A stretch of 63,982 nt of DNA, the filler included, from Hausera hauseri (taxonomy: Eukaryota): the NCBI GenBank assembly GCA_046269625.1. It is 12 parts of 12 records of this genome, joined end to end, with 100 filler letters (N's around TTAATTAATTAA, not from the genome) between each part and the next. Parts side by side here need not be neighbours in the genome. Positions count along the whole stretch, not along the records: positions 22,751 to 26,708 come from JBJURY010857856.1; positions 26,809 to 31,641 come from JBJURY010420698.1; positions 31,742 to 36,026 come from JBJURY010656886.1; positions 36,127 to 44,310 come from JBJURY010740986.1; 8 more parts are not named here. One strand, given 5' to 3'. Positions within the stretch are counted from its first letter, which is position 1. Each line of letters begins with the position of its first letter. The position numbers and the translations under genes are program-made. Below are positions 24,477 to 36,270 of this stretch, in pieces. Under the pieces are notes generated by a model that saw only the letters and a program-made list of their open reading frames with translations, did not search any database and was not told the DNA's origin.

Positions 24477-25790
24477 TTACTGGTCCAGACTCAACGGGAC
24501 ATGAACGAATTTGCCGGTGGTTCGAGATTTATAACGGATGGACTCCGGTTCATATACCTCTTCGTCGATGACTACGGTTTCATCGACCTGTATTTTCCTT
24601 TTCCTGGCACATATCGATGGTATTGGTGCTATTCGCACCCTATCGGGAGCCGCGTCAGTTAGGATTATTTCATCATTCCATTTGAGTTGACGATATATTG
24701 ATTGATAGCATTGCACCAGAGCGGTGCTGCGTAACGGAAAGCCCTTTGAATCGTAGAATTTGCGGGCTAATTCCTTATAAGTGTTGTTCGATAGTTGATA
24801 CTTCCGAATAACCTCCTCGTGATGTAATACATCACGAACTCCGGCTATTCGGCGCATTGGGCACTTGAGATGATTCACAATCATCTCGACCACATCGGCC
24901 CCGATGACAATCTTATCCGTTAATATTTCTGCTACTTTGTGATATACGTCCGGAGGGTCCATTTGATTGGTAATATTTATCTCTGCCAATCCGGTTATAT
25001 GACTATCAAAGTTGTTTATGCGTTGGCGAGGAGATACGATACTGTAGAATAGGGTGTTCCCCTGCACGTCAATTATTGATATTTCGATTGGCTGGAGTTG
25101 GTTCCACTGGTCATAGGCCAGATTGACGGCGGCTATGACCAGATCTTTGTCGGAGAACTGCTGGATACGTCTGTAGGGAATGGTTCTGTATTTGACGTAA
25201 TCAGGTTCTGGGAGATCGAAACATCTTCCGTTAGGTACACTTGGTTGGAATTTCTCTTTCTTTATTACTTCGATGGCTAATATGAGACGATTGGTGAGGG
25301 ATCGTAATTTCAATAAGTTTTCTTGCACAAAGGAATAGTCAAATGCCAATCCGTGTTCTGAATTCATATTAATGAGATCGCCTTTTATTGACGTTTTTCT
25401 GGCTGTTGTCTTGATGTGGAATTGGCCGAGTATACAATAAATGTTTATGGAGTGGTATCGCTCGGGAAGGATCATTATGTCTGTTAGATATAGCGATGTG
25501 GCTTTTGTTATTTGCAGTAGAGCTAAGGATCTGTTGGCCATGCTATATCCCTTTAAGTTATTTGGTATTTGCGATGTCTGTGGATAATTCAGACTGATCG
25601 TATGGTCGTTTTGTACTGTATAATATTGATTAGCCGGATTGGCGTTAATTATATGATTTTTCGCATTTCCATACCAGTGTTTAGACCTGGTAATTGATTG
25701 AACTTGATGAGAGGTTGAAGACGACACTGTAAATAGAAATGTCAATTGCAAGTTAATGTAGGTATCTACACACATCACAACGGTTATCAA
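24477..25790 (-). CDS. retroelement cargo region with a degenerate REX4/ISG20-like DEDDh exonuclease domain
   Basis: EISIIDVQGNTLFYSIVSPRQRINNFDSHITGL..VAEILTDKIVIG..VRDV (~24700-25150) matches the REX4-type scaffold, but the acidic catalytic residues are not evident. Same frame as 25908-26699. Confidence 0.6.
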   Translation of the reverse strand: MITVVMCVDTYINLQLTFLFTVSSSTSHQVQSITRSKHWYGNAKNHIINANPANQYYTVQNDHTISLNYPQTSQIPNNLKGYSMANRSLALLQITKATSLYLTDIMILPERYHSINIYCILGQFHIKTTARKTSIKGDLINMNSEHGLAFDYSFVQENLLKLRSLTNRLILAIEVIKKEKFQPSVPNGRCFDLPEPDYVKYRTIPYRRIQQFSDKDLVIAAVNLAYDQWNQLQPIEISIIDVQGNTLFYSIVSPRQRINNFDSHITGLAEINITNQMDPPDVYHKVAEILTDKIVIGADVVEMIVNHLKCPMRRIAGVRDVLHHEEVIRKYQLSNNTYKELARKFYDSKGFPLRSTALVQCYQSIYRQLKWNDEIILTDAAPDRVRIAPIPSICARKRKIQVDETVVIDEEVYEPESIRYKSRTTGKFVHVPLSLDQ

Positions 25791-25907
25791 ACATACAGTG
25801 GTAATCGTTGTAGTATTAGGGTTTAATTTATTTCTATAGATAACCTGATGACCTGTGGTTATCTTTATTAGAAGGGTTGCGTTGATAGCAATCCCTAAAC
25901 TCCACCG

Positions 25908-26708
25908 TCAGCTGGGACTAGTTGTGGCTAACGGATTCGTTAGCTCACGTAAGTTAATTCGTACCCAGTTTTGTCTTCTCTTGCGTCGTTGGCGTTGTAT
26001 CACCTTAACTAACATTACTGCTACTATCACTATTGCTATAGGGGTTATTGAACCTATTATAATCATTTCTAAACGGGAATGCTTATATTCTGTTCGCGAT
26101 GGTTCTTTAGTTGTCTTATTTTTAACTATCTTTAATCTGTACGGTGATTCTACTCTATTACCTTTTGTGATTGCAGACATTATTTTTGTGGAAGTTACTT
26201 TGTTATAGTCGTCCAGCAACTGCAAAATGACCGTATATTTCGTATCAGTCTCCAAGGCTGCACACGGCACTATCAGATCATCAGGGGTTATTATTCCTTT
26301 TGCTACTATAGTATCTTGCTTTTTACAAATAAATTTAATTTTTACGAAGTCAAGATCTGGTTTAACAGAGATTATTAGTGCAGTGGGAGCTGCTATAATG
26401 GTTACGTTATCCCAGATGGAGCGTTTTTGGCGATAGTAAGAAGCATAAGGTTTAATTAGAACAGTCATTTCTTTTTTATCGGCTGGGAATTGCACAAGTG
26501 GCGTCGTGATCCTCTCTTGTATATCATCATACTCTTTTTGGTTCTTATATCGTATAAACATCGTCGGTCCTTTTCTATGCCTTTTATTCTTGAGCTTTCC
26601 ATGCTCTTTCCGTGACAGAGAATATCTTACTTCGTATATTTTACCTCTTGTTACGTTACAGCAAACTTGTTGTTGTTCATCCGTTAATTCACATTTCAAT
26701 AGTCTTTG
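25908..26708 (-). CDS. FN3-like type I membrane protein (5' partial)
   Basis: CELTDEQQQVCCNVTRGKIYEV and PCAALETDTKYTVIL repeats, TM MIIIGSITPIAIVIVAVMLVKVI, stop-transfer QRQRRKRR; homologous to 44585-45780. Confidence 0.65.
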   Translation of the reverse strand, partial: QRLLKCELTDEQQQVCCNVTRGKIYEVRYSLSRKEHGKLKNKRHRKGPTMFIRYKNQKEYDDIQERITTPLVQFPADKKEMTVLIKPYASYYRQKRSIWDNVTIIAAPTALIISVKPDLDFVKIKFICKKQDTIVAKGIITPDDLIVPCAALETDTKYTVILQLLDDYNKVTSTKIMSAITKGNRVESPYRLKIVKNKTTKEPSRTEYKHSRLEMIIIGSITPIAIVIVAVMLVKVIQRQRRKRRQNWVRINLRELTNPLATTSPS

Positions 26709-27059
26709 NNNNNNNNNNNNNNNNNNNNNNNNNNNNNNNNNNNNNNNNNNNNTTAATTAATTAANNNNNNNNNNNNNNNNNNNNNNNNNNNNNNNNNNNN
26801 NNNNNNNNTAAACACTAGTTTCACTAACTAACAAGTAATAACAAAACTCATTATAATACAAATATTTATATCATTTATCATCTATAGGTAAGTGATTTTG
26901 ATAAAATAATTGTAATGTTTACATGTGACAGCGATGATAGCGAATATGAAGAAAAGTTATAGTTTTAATTAATTTTCACAAGAGTGTATAGCCCTATATT
27001 TACTTATATATACATATTAGTTTATCTTAGTTATCGGCGTTTCAATTAATATTACATTC

Positions 27060-27615
27060 GATTTTACATATCCTTTTTACTGATCGAGTTATCAGTTTAC
27101 CATCAACATGATCATTATAATACCGTCTTTTCTAGGGATTGTTTGCTTGATAATTCAGACTCTCCATTGATTTTGTTTGGTATCATAAACCAATAATTAA
27201 ACTTCGTCTCTAACATTGAGTTCTGTTATTTTGGTGCATTTCTTTGAACAACTCCGATACTCTGAGACTACTTCACGCCATCATATCCATTAATCACAAG
27301 CCAATCGCTATACATGTCGCCAAAGTGCCGCCAAGGAACGTTGATGAGTACCATTAATTTGGTTATTAATTTCTCCATAATAACCTGGTATGATGAAATG
27401 ATTCGGGAAAAATATAATATCATCTTTTGTATTCACTACAGTACTCGTAGTAGGTCTGGAGTTAACGATTCCTTCCACAATGGTTATCACTGTCCATAAT
27501 TCTTCTTCAGTTACGTTCGTCAGAATTTTATATCAGGTTTCCTTTGTTGCTTATATCATGATTTCAAAAATTACACGAAAATGTGCAGCTCCTGGCGGAT
27601 TAAAATCCATCGGAT
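27060..27615 (-). pseudogene. BEL/Pao integrase remnant
   Basis: FNPPGAAHF..FE, EEL.TVITIVEGIVNSRP, PNHFI, and a DUF5641-like downstream region with many lesions. Confidence 0.7.
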
Positions 27616-27740
27616 TTCGATTTACTGTAAATGTTGTCTTGCGGCATACATATCTGTGGTGCCCACATTGGCCCACCCAGAGAAACAATAATATATAAAC
27701 ATTAATTTTTTGTTTAAATATTTTGGAAATTTACAGTTTT

Positions 27741-27983
27741 TTAACAATAGAACAGCTGAATGCGTCAATTGACGCAAATGAAAAATTCAGTCTTTAGTAT
27801 CAACCGATATATTTATGATTGAACTTTGAAATTAAGTGACTTTTATTTTCCTAACGTCTCCTTACGGAAAATGCCAATGTGACTCTAACTGTATATAGTG
27901 CACACATGATGGATGAGTTTCTACCTAGAACGGCGATAAGCGTCAATTGACGCAATTATAAAAGAACACTTAGTTCCAGTTAA
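27741..27983. repeat. possible TTAA-type MITE with two GCGTCAATTGACGC palindromes
   Basis: TTAA|CAATAGAAC start, palindromes at 27761-27776 and 27940-27953, GTTCCAGTTAA end. Confidence 0.35.
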
Positions 27984-29564
27984 ATTTATTATTCCAGTGG
28001 TATACATCGCATGCAATAACATCATTGTATATAATTATTAGATAATGCAATTCAGTCATTGAAGAAGAAAACTAGGCAGTTATTTGACAATTACAGCAAA
28101 CCTTGATCAAAGGGCTGGAAAAGCTACGTCGTATTTGGTGATAGAAAAAGTAATTAAATAGAAGGAAGCGGCGGCGACGTGCAATGGCTGGTGACAATGT
28201 CGACAATCAGCATAGTCTTGAGACGATTTCTTTGCTGGTCGAATTTAAAGAGCCACTCACTCCAGAGAGAGTGATTCACCATAGCCTTTTGCTACTGGCA
28301 TACTACACTGGGAATCTCGCCGCATCAATTCCTTTAGAGCATCGTAGTTTGGCATGGCTCCCAATAAAAAGAAGCTTTCTTTTGTCACTCCCATTTACGT
28401 TGGTGCAAAACAACAAAGTCACTAGTGTCTAAGGTTGTCCAATACCGTGATATTGCGCACTTGTATAATGACTCAGAAACTGAAAATATTTATTATCCTT
28501 GTCATACCATGCAAACATTTAGAAATATAAATTTCTGATCATATTAAAGGCTTGTTTAACTTACTTGTTAAATAAGTCAGCGTCACATTTATCATATATA
28601 CAATATGACGGTTCCAAAATAAATGCCGCAAAAATTATTTTCTATCCCTGTGAGTCTGTTATTAAAAAACTTCGATGATCGATGAGTCATCAATTTAATT
28701 TAGTAAAAGCATTTAAGAATGTAAAAAATTAATAAAAAGTAGAGAGGAATTTAGAAAGGACTCTTGACAGCTCGCTTCACACGGGTAATCGTTGAAGTGG
28801 GGCTTTAATTTTATAGAATGCGAGGGAAACGTTCGTTAAATCGGAGTTTTCGTTAAAATAGGGTTCGTTAAAACGGAATTTACTATACATACCAGGAATG
28901 GGATTTCGGCATGGGCTTCATAATTCTTTCGTTTATGTGCGGTTCGACTGTATTAGTTAGATTCATTTATATAATGGATCATTATTTTGCCGGTATTTTG
29001 TGTCAACTTGCTATTTATCGAGTGTTGCTATTAGACGAATTGCAAATAATTGATTTTTGCTGTACTTTCCAGCAGAAAATTGTTAGCCCTATGTTGAATT
29101 TGTTACTATATCGCTAATTATTTTAAGAAAATATCTTCAGTGGAAATAGTGCGTTTAAATAATGATTTGTTTTAAATACAAATCGTTTCATGGATCCTGT
29201 AAAAATCGGCAATTTGGTAACGAATACAAACAATAAAAGTGGGAAAGTGTGCAGAAGAAAAATACTCCAAAAATACACATTTATTTACAGTATCGATCGG
29301 CTTTCATTTTCTCCCGTCTATCCAACAACGTTTCGTGCAACATACCGTCGACTTTAGCTCGTTTCACTGCCAATTTATCTTCCTTACTAACCTTTATATT
29401 TCCACCTTGAAAACTCTGAAACTTTTTCCTGAAGTGCACGCAGCCAAATCAAATTGGGTTGTTAAAAAGCAAAAAAAAAACAAAAAACAAATTCGTCCTT
29501 TGTAACTTACCGCTCCATAAAAATATTTTCAAATAAAGACTGATACTGCAAAATTTGTATTTTT

Positions 29565-29601
29565 GATCGATGTTCCGGCAAACACTGCCTACTTCAGGAT
29601 C
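29565..29601 (-). ncRNA. degenerate minimal hammerhead ribozyme (Penelope pseudo-LTR type)
   Basis: Minus strand reads GATC-CTGAAGT-A-GGCAG-TGT-TTGCC-GGAAC-ATC-GATC. Confidence 0.5.
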
Positions 29602-29809
29602 TTTGGAGAACAGATTTTTTGAATTTAATATCATTTGGACATTGCGTAATATACACAACAATTTTATTTGTTTTCGTATGTAGATGGTTATGCCTGTCAG
29701 TTCGTTTGCTGCCTCTTTGTTATTTGTTTTCGGATTTTGTTGGTTGGTGTAAAGGGCGTTTAGTATTTGTAAGTCAACTGGATCATGCTCATATCCTTAA
29801 ATACTAACT

Positions 29810-30384
29810 GAAATGTTTTTGTCATTGTCGCAGAACAATTGCTGCTGCCGATGATGCTCGTCGTCTTGAAATCATTAATTATAATAAAGAAAAAGGAGGA
29901 GTCGATCAAATGGACGAAATTTTGTTAGAATTCAGCTGCATTAAGAAAACAGTCCGTTGGCATCTACTTGTCTTTTTCAATATTATTGATCGTTCTTGAA
30001 GCAATGCATACATTTACCGAAAACGTGACGGGTATCAGCTTTCAAAGAAACAATTTATGCGATCATTAGCTTTACGCAACGCAGAGACATCAACGGTAAT
30101 TGAGGTTTTCAGAAATCTATTGTTCAGGCAGCAGAGTTACTTGAATTTTTATCCGACCGACAACAGCCGATAAATGACGTGCCAAAGTTGGACCGCTGGC
30201 TTTCTTGTTCTAAAGTTTCTCGCTCTTGTTGTGATCGTTGTCAACGATTTATTTGCCCTGTGCATCGAGTAACATATGTACAGACTGTAATCAGTAATAC
30301 ACAGACCATCACCATGCATTCTTGTATTGTGCCAACGAAATATCATTGTAACATTTTGTTACACCTTGACCAGATAAGGGTTAA
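29810..30384 (+). mobile_element. piggyBac 3' remnant
   Basis: YNKEKGGVDQMD..VRW.L.VFFNIID..NAYI, Cys-rich tail CDRCQRFICPVH, terminus ..AGGG|TTAA at 30377-30384. Confidence 0.8.
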
Positions 30385-30421
30385 ATACGGAAACTCCCCA
30401 AAAATCGATCAGTTCTCCGAA

Positions 30422-30458
30422 AATTCTAAAGAAGGTAGTGCCTGCCGAAACGTCGGTC
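30422..30458 (+). ncRNA. degenerate minimal hammerhead ribozyme, second copy
   Basis: CTAAAGA-A-GGTAG-TGC-CTGCC-GAAAC-GTC-GGTC; flanks are homologous to the inverted copy at 29525-29620. Confidence 0.55.
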
Positions 30459-30519
30459 AAAAACAAACACATTTTTCGGTATCGGTGTTGTTTGAAACGG
30501 CTTTCAAATGTTACATCAT

Positions 30520-31641
30520 TATGGCACATGTTCAATTCCCCCCTAACATGAAGGGGAATTTTGAAATTTGACCAATTTGTTACATATGTTCCATTTCCTT
30601 TGAGTCATTCATTTTATAATGAGCAAGCCACGGAGAAAATTTGTCATATTTCCTAAATTCCTTTAGATGTTCGGGGAAAATTGAACAAGTGCAAAACGGC
30701 ACGATGCGGACTCTAACAATGAGAAATTAAATCTTTTGGATTTATAGAATATTCCCCGAACACATTTGGAATGTTTTAAGGTAGAACTGGTCGATAAAAA
30801 TTTCCCACGAGAAAAATGTGGATAATGTTCTCAGATTCAAACGAAATGCGACCGGCTCTTGAATGTTAAGGAGTGTATGTTCGATGTTTCCAGTCGGATG
30901 TGGATTTCCGTTGAACGTTCTCAGTTTTATTTGCCACGTTACATTCTGTTGCATTCAGACTTATAATGCAAGGAATTTTATACTAAATCTGGGATTTTTA
31001 TAACAAATAGTCAGAGTGATGTGCAAAATATAATGCTGATTAATAATGTGAGAAAATTGTTGAACATTTCTTTTGTGGAATTTGTTAAAATGTATAATTC
31101 AAAGAAGGTGGGGAATATTGTACAAGTACCATAAATTAGGGATTTTACTGTAAATATGGGTCATTTTTATAACAAATAGTCAGAGTGATGTGCAAAATAT
31201 AATGATGATTAATAATGCGAGTAAATAATTTTGTCAAAGCAACACAGTTCGAGCTTTTAAATCAGACACTAATCGCCCCAACTGCATTCAGGAATGTTGA
31301 ACTTTGGGAAATTTATCCTTCCTCAAATGTTCTAAAATGTATTTGTCTTAATAATTGGACATAACTGATCACAGACGATAATCGAAATTCAATGAAACAT
31401 TACAAATCCAATATTAACTCGAGAAAAGTAATGAAAATTTTGTAAAAGTTCAAAATGTCTAAACCTAATGGGGGATATTTGAACAAGTGTGAAATGCTGT
31501 TACATTTAATGGCTCCAAATGCGTTATTTTAGCACCTCTTGGCAAAAACATTCTCACATTATTAATCACCATTATATTTTGCACATCACTCTGACAATTA
31601 GTTATAAAATGACCCATATTTACAGTAAAATCCCTCATTTA
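30520..31641. repeat. non-autonomous DNA-transposon-like cluster with direct and inverted repeats
   Basis: TATAACAAATAGTCAGAGTGATGTGCAAAATATAATG at ~31000 and ~31168, inverted at ~31560-31640; recurrent GGGGA..TTGAACAAGTG words. Confidence 0.6.
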
Positions 31642-34606
31642 NNNNNNNNNNNNNNNNNNNNNNNNNNNNNNNNNNNNNNNNNNNNTTAATTAATTAANNN
31701 NNNNNNNNNNNNNNNNNNNNNNNNNNNNNNNNNNNNNNNNNTCACAGATGGGATAAGGTTCTTATGCAGGAATGTTCTCCAAATACAGTATAACACTTTT
31801 CATTTAAACCAAAAAGTTCTACTTTGGTCTCAATGGGTCAGGTTTTTGAAATAAAAAAGTTGACTTGCTTAAATATTAATGATTTTTAAATTAGGTCAGT
31901 TTTTATTATTTTAATAGTTTTTCACTAATATTTTGCCATTTTGTTTAAACACCATAAACACACTAAAGAAAACCTGAAACCATTTGTCATCAGCCCATTT
32001 ATTATTACCTTGTCTTAAAAAAGGAGGAAAACATTTTGTTCATTAAAAGCACACAGTATATGTGACTCATCGCACTGAACCATGGATTAAGTCCCAAGAA
32101 GAAATAGGCAGCTTTAGTCAATGATTAAACATTTGTAACAATTGCATTTTGTCAAAAAGCAATAACTAAATAAATCTTATCTTATTTATACCTAATCTAA
32201 TGTTTCATTTTGACCAAATGAGACCTAATTCTCAGTATGATGTGATGGGTCAAATAAGTAACTTGAACCTGTGATTTAATTTGATATAAAAGATCTTTGT
32301 ATTTGAAGAATAGTTCAGCATCCTTTTTTGTCAAAGTACTTTAGACTTATTTGTCCATCTTTCTATTTGTGCCTTTGCAATAAATTTAACTATACCATAT
32401 GCAGCCTTTTTTGTGACTGTTTGTATATCGTCGGCGTGCCTCCGTAATCTGTCCACAGTCTTTGACAGTCTGCTTACAGGGACATAGTTCTAAGAATAGA
32501 GATACGAAAAACAATAGAGGTGAACTTTGATTGTCAGTAATGACGTGTGAAAGGCCAGCAATCACATGGTTGTTCTGGGCTCCGCAGTGATTAGGGGTGA
32601 TGGAAAACTGTGATCTCTGTCTCAGCTGTAACAGCAGAGTCCCTCTGTGGTAGGTCCATCTGTTGACTCCTCTAATGAACGCATGACAAAGTGCACCCTA
32701 CAAAAGATGTCCAGATGTTGTGGGCATTCCTGTTGCGTCTGATTTTTATTTTTAAATTAATGTCATATTTTTTAATTCAATTACGTGTTATCTTTGGTCA
32801 TCCCTATGCTTATAGGCGATATATCTATCTAAATTGGAGCAGAAACAAGTTGTTAATAGAGTGAAACTCAGATAAAACAGGTAACCTAAGTACAATTAAC
32901 AATTAATTTAGTAATGTGTTTCAGTGTTTATTTTCGCTTTCCATGTATAAATTATAAATTCTTATATTATCTAAGTAATGTAAATAAGATTGATATTTAA
33001 TTAATATGATGGTTTTTCTGAAGCCTGACATATTCACCAAATAGTACATAGAATTGTGTTTGTAACCGATCTGTAAAGTAAGTTGATAGAGGTGAATTTA
33101 GTATTTTTACAGGTCTAAATGTCAGGTTTAAATGACTAAAGTGAAAGGCTCGATCAGGTCCATTTTTATCCCGTTTCAATGATATTAATTATTGGAACAT
33201 TATGTTCACTGATTAAAACGTTTTCACTGTAGAACAATGCCCAAATCCTTGATGGTGTTCGCTGAAATCACCACCAATTGAAAGACGCCACTTATCTTAA
33301 TTTCAATAATTAGCTGGATCATATAATGAGCGAAATTTTTACCTGGGTTGGAAACCGTTTTCAAAATCAGGATCTCGTTTTTTCATTTGAACGAATGCCT
33401 GACCCAAGGGCAAGAATGTCGCATGACTGAGGTCAGTGAAACTTTTCAGATTTTTTTAAATTTCAATTCATTATATCCGTCATCACGGACTTAAATTTGA
33501 TGGATCATTCTGTGTTCGAAACCACACAAAGAACTAAATTTGTTGAAGAAAGAACTAATTAATGCCTAACAAGGAAGAGCACCTTACTACTAGTCGAAGG
33601 TTTATAAGTTCTACAGGTTCTACAATGACAAAATATTATACTAATTAATATGAAAAATATTTTTGCAAACAAAGGAAAGATTACTCAATATGGGCTTCTA
33701 AATGTTATGTCTTTTTGCACTCCTTTAATTTTCTCCTAATATAAAGAAGAATTATATGAATAAATAAAATTTTTGTCATTTTTTCGACCAGAAATATGAA
33801 TATTTGTGCTTTTTCATGTTTTGTCGACCTAATAAATATCCGTCTAAAATTTGATTCATTACTTGTCATAATGTGTGTAAAGTCCATATTTACATAAAAG
33901 GAAGACATGTTAATGATGCGACTGATAATTAGACGAATACATTGTTCTTTGACATGACATGAACGATAAACTTGAAATCAGTCCTTCGTAAATTATTGGT
34001 TGAAAACAGAAACGAAAATTGTATGAAATCACAAAATTGTTCTCCAAACAAGAGGGAAAATAAAGAATATTTAGAAACCCATATTGCATAATCTTAGCTT
34101 TGTTTGCAAATTGTTTTTTCATATAGTTATCCAGCGTAACATTTTCTACTTCTGAAATCTGTAAAACTTGTGAAACTCCGACTAGCCGTAATGTACTCTT
34201 CTCGTAAGATGAGTTAGATGATACGTACTTTCTAGCTTAATCAATGCCTTCTCTAAAAGATTTACAGTCTGCATAGCCGCCAATGAAGATTGACTGGAAA
34301 ATGTATTATGATTCTTGTTCAGTTTTTTGTTCAGTATAAATCCATTTAATTGAAAATTGGTGAGACACAGACAAACAATTCTAGTGATTATGCGCTACCT
34401 CGCATATAAAATGATTTAATTTTTAAACCAACACATTAAGCATTTGAAATACTAAATCGATATAGTATTTGTAAATATCTGATTGTATTTGTAAAACGAA
34501 ATTTCATAAATACGGTGGTAAACAGTAAATTCCGTTTACTATTTATTTCTTGCTGCCTCATTTATTACTATTTATTACTGTAAAATTATTGTAGAAACGT
34601 CCTTTA

Positions 34607-35774
34607 TATTGGGTTGTTAAAAAGTTTCCGGCCCTTGCAAAAAACTCAAATTTTATGCGGATAAATTTATTTAAAACACGAACAATTATTCCTCAAAATA
34701 GATACTATCATTATCTACAACTTTCTGCCTTGGACTCCTTTGAATCGAAGACCTCTTGACACGCTAACCCCACTTCATCAAATGAATCGAATCGGCGACT
34801 CTTTAGAAAGTGTGGCATTAAGCAGAAAGGCTGTAGTCTGATGGAGCGCAATCTGGGCTATATGTTGGATGCGGAAGAACCTCGACGCCGTCCAACTCTT
34901 CGAACTTGTGCTTAGTCTTAGTGGCTGTGTAAGGCTTGGCGTTGTCTTGCTGAAACAAAGCGCGTTTTCGGTTGACTAATGCCGTGTACTTTTCCTTCAG
35001 CTTGTCGTAAACGCTGTCCAGTTGTTGAATGTAGAGATCGGCATTCATGGTGTGACCGTTCGAAACCAACTCTGAATGCAAGACTTCTTCAATGTTCCAC
35101 CAGAGGCACAAAATGACTTTCTTGCCAAATCGATCTTGCTTTGGAGTTGAGGGCGTTGTTTGACCTTTAAAAATCCATTGCTTGTCTCGATTGTTGCTGA
35201 CCAGATACACACACTTCTCGTCAAAGTAACAATCCGCTTCCAAAACTGATAATCCAATGGATTGTTGAGCAACCGACGGAAATTTCAACTCGTTTGGCAT
35301 CTTCAGCTAGGGTAAGTTCGTGCAGATCTTGTCGTGGAGTGCTTGACGAAGGTTCAATGTCCAATTCGGTTTGCAAATCTCGATCATCATACTTTGTCGG
35401 TCGACCTGGGTGTGGCTGGTCTTCCAATGTCTCAACGTCGTTTCTGAATTTGGCAAACCATTCCTTACCTGTAGATCGGCCAATTGTTCTCTTTCCATGG
35501 GCTTCATGGATCTTTTCGGCGCTTTCAGACGCATGCGTGCCCAATTTCCATTGAAAATGCAATAATAAGCGTTTTTGCTCTCGACTCAACTCCATTCTAA
35601 ACAACTATAGACGAATAATATAGTAGATCAATAATAATAACAATAGTAATATATCAGAATACGCGCAAGAAAACGGGCTTTCCGATTAAGCCAAAATCAT
35701 AAAAAATGGTTTGAAAATTAAGAACTTAATTTCATAAGTTTGCAAGTGCCGGAAACTTTTTTAAAAACCTAATA
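34607..35774 (-). mobile_element. mariner element with both TIRs and a disrupted DD34D transposase
   Basis: TIRs TATTGGGTTGTTAAAAAGTTTCCGGC..TTGCAAA and its inverse; HTH (WFAKFR..LEDQPHPGRP), KKVILCLWW, FQQDNAKPY, HPTYSPDCAPSDY. Confidence 0.93.
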
Positions 35775-36126
35775 TTACGACCTAAACAGCATTTATTGTA
35801 ATTCTGTCACTCGTAATTTAGAAATGATGTATTAATTTGTCAAATTCATTGCCAACGAACTACTGTATGCTTTATTAATCAATATAACAATGCTAGTACT
35901 ATCTACTGATAGGATTTAAGTTTTTATAGTTGTGATAATTGTTGGCTGCGTGCGCATCCACACCGCGCACGTCATCGCCCAGCCGGGGTAGGGTTTTAAA
36001 ATACTCGCCCTCTGGTATGTCTGCTGNNNNNNNNNNNNNNNNNNNNNNNNNNNNNNNNNNNNNNNNNNNNTTAATTAATTAANNNNNNNNNNNNNNNNNN
36101 NNNNNNNNNNNNNNNNNNNNNNNNNN

Positions 36127-36270
36127 TTGTCGACCTAATAAATATCCATCTAATATTTGACTAATTGTGTTTTGTTGATGTTTTGTCGACCTAATAAATA
36201 TCCCTCTGTTATTTGACTAATTGTCTTTTGTTTATGTTTTGTCGACTTGAAAAATATCCATCTAATAAAC
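36127..36270. repeat. ~56-57 bp tandem repeat (about 2.5 units)
   Basis: TTGTCGACCTAATAAATATCC..TTTGACTAATTGT units; a related copy lies at ~33780-33860. Confidence 0.75.

Noticed and set aside
36127-36270. CRISPR array
   Set aside because: Entire units are similar with no unique spacers, the context is eukaryotic, and there are no cas genes.
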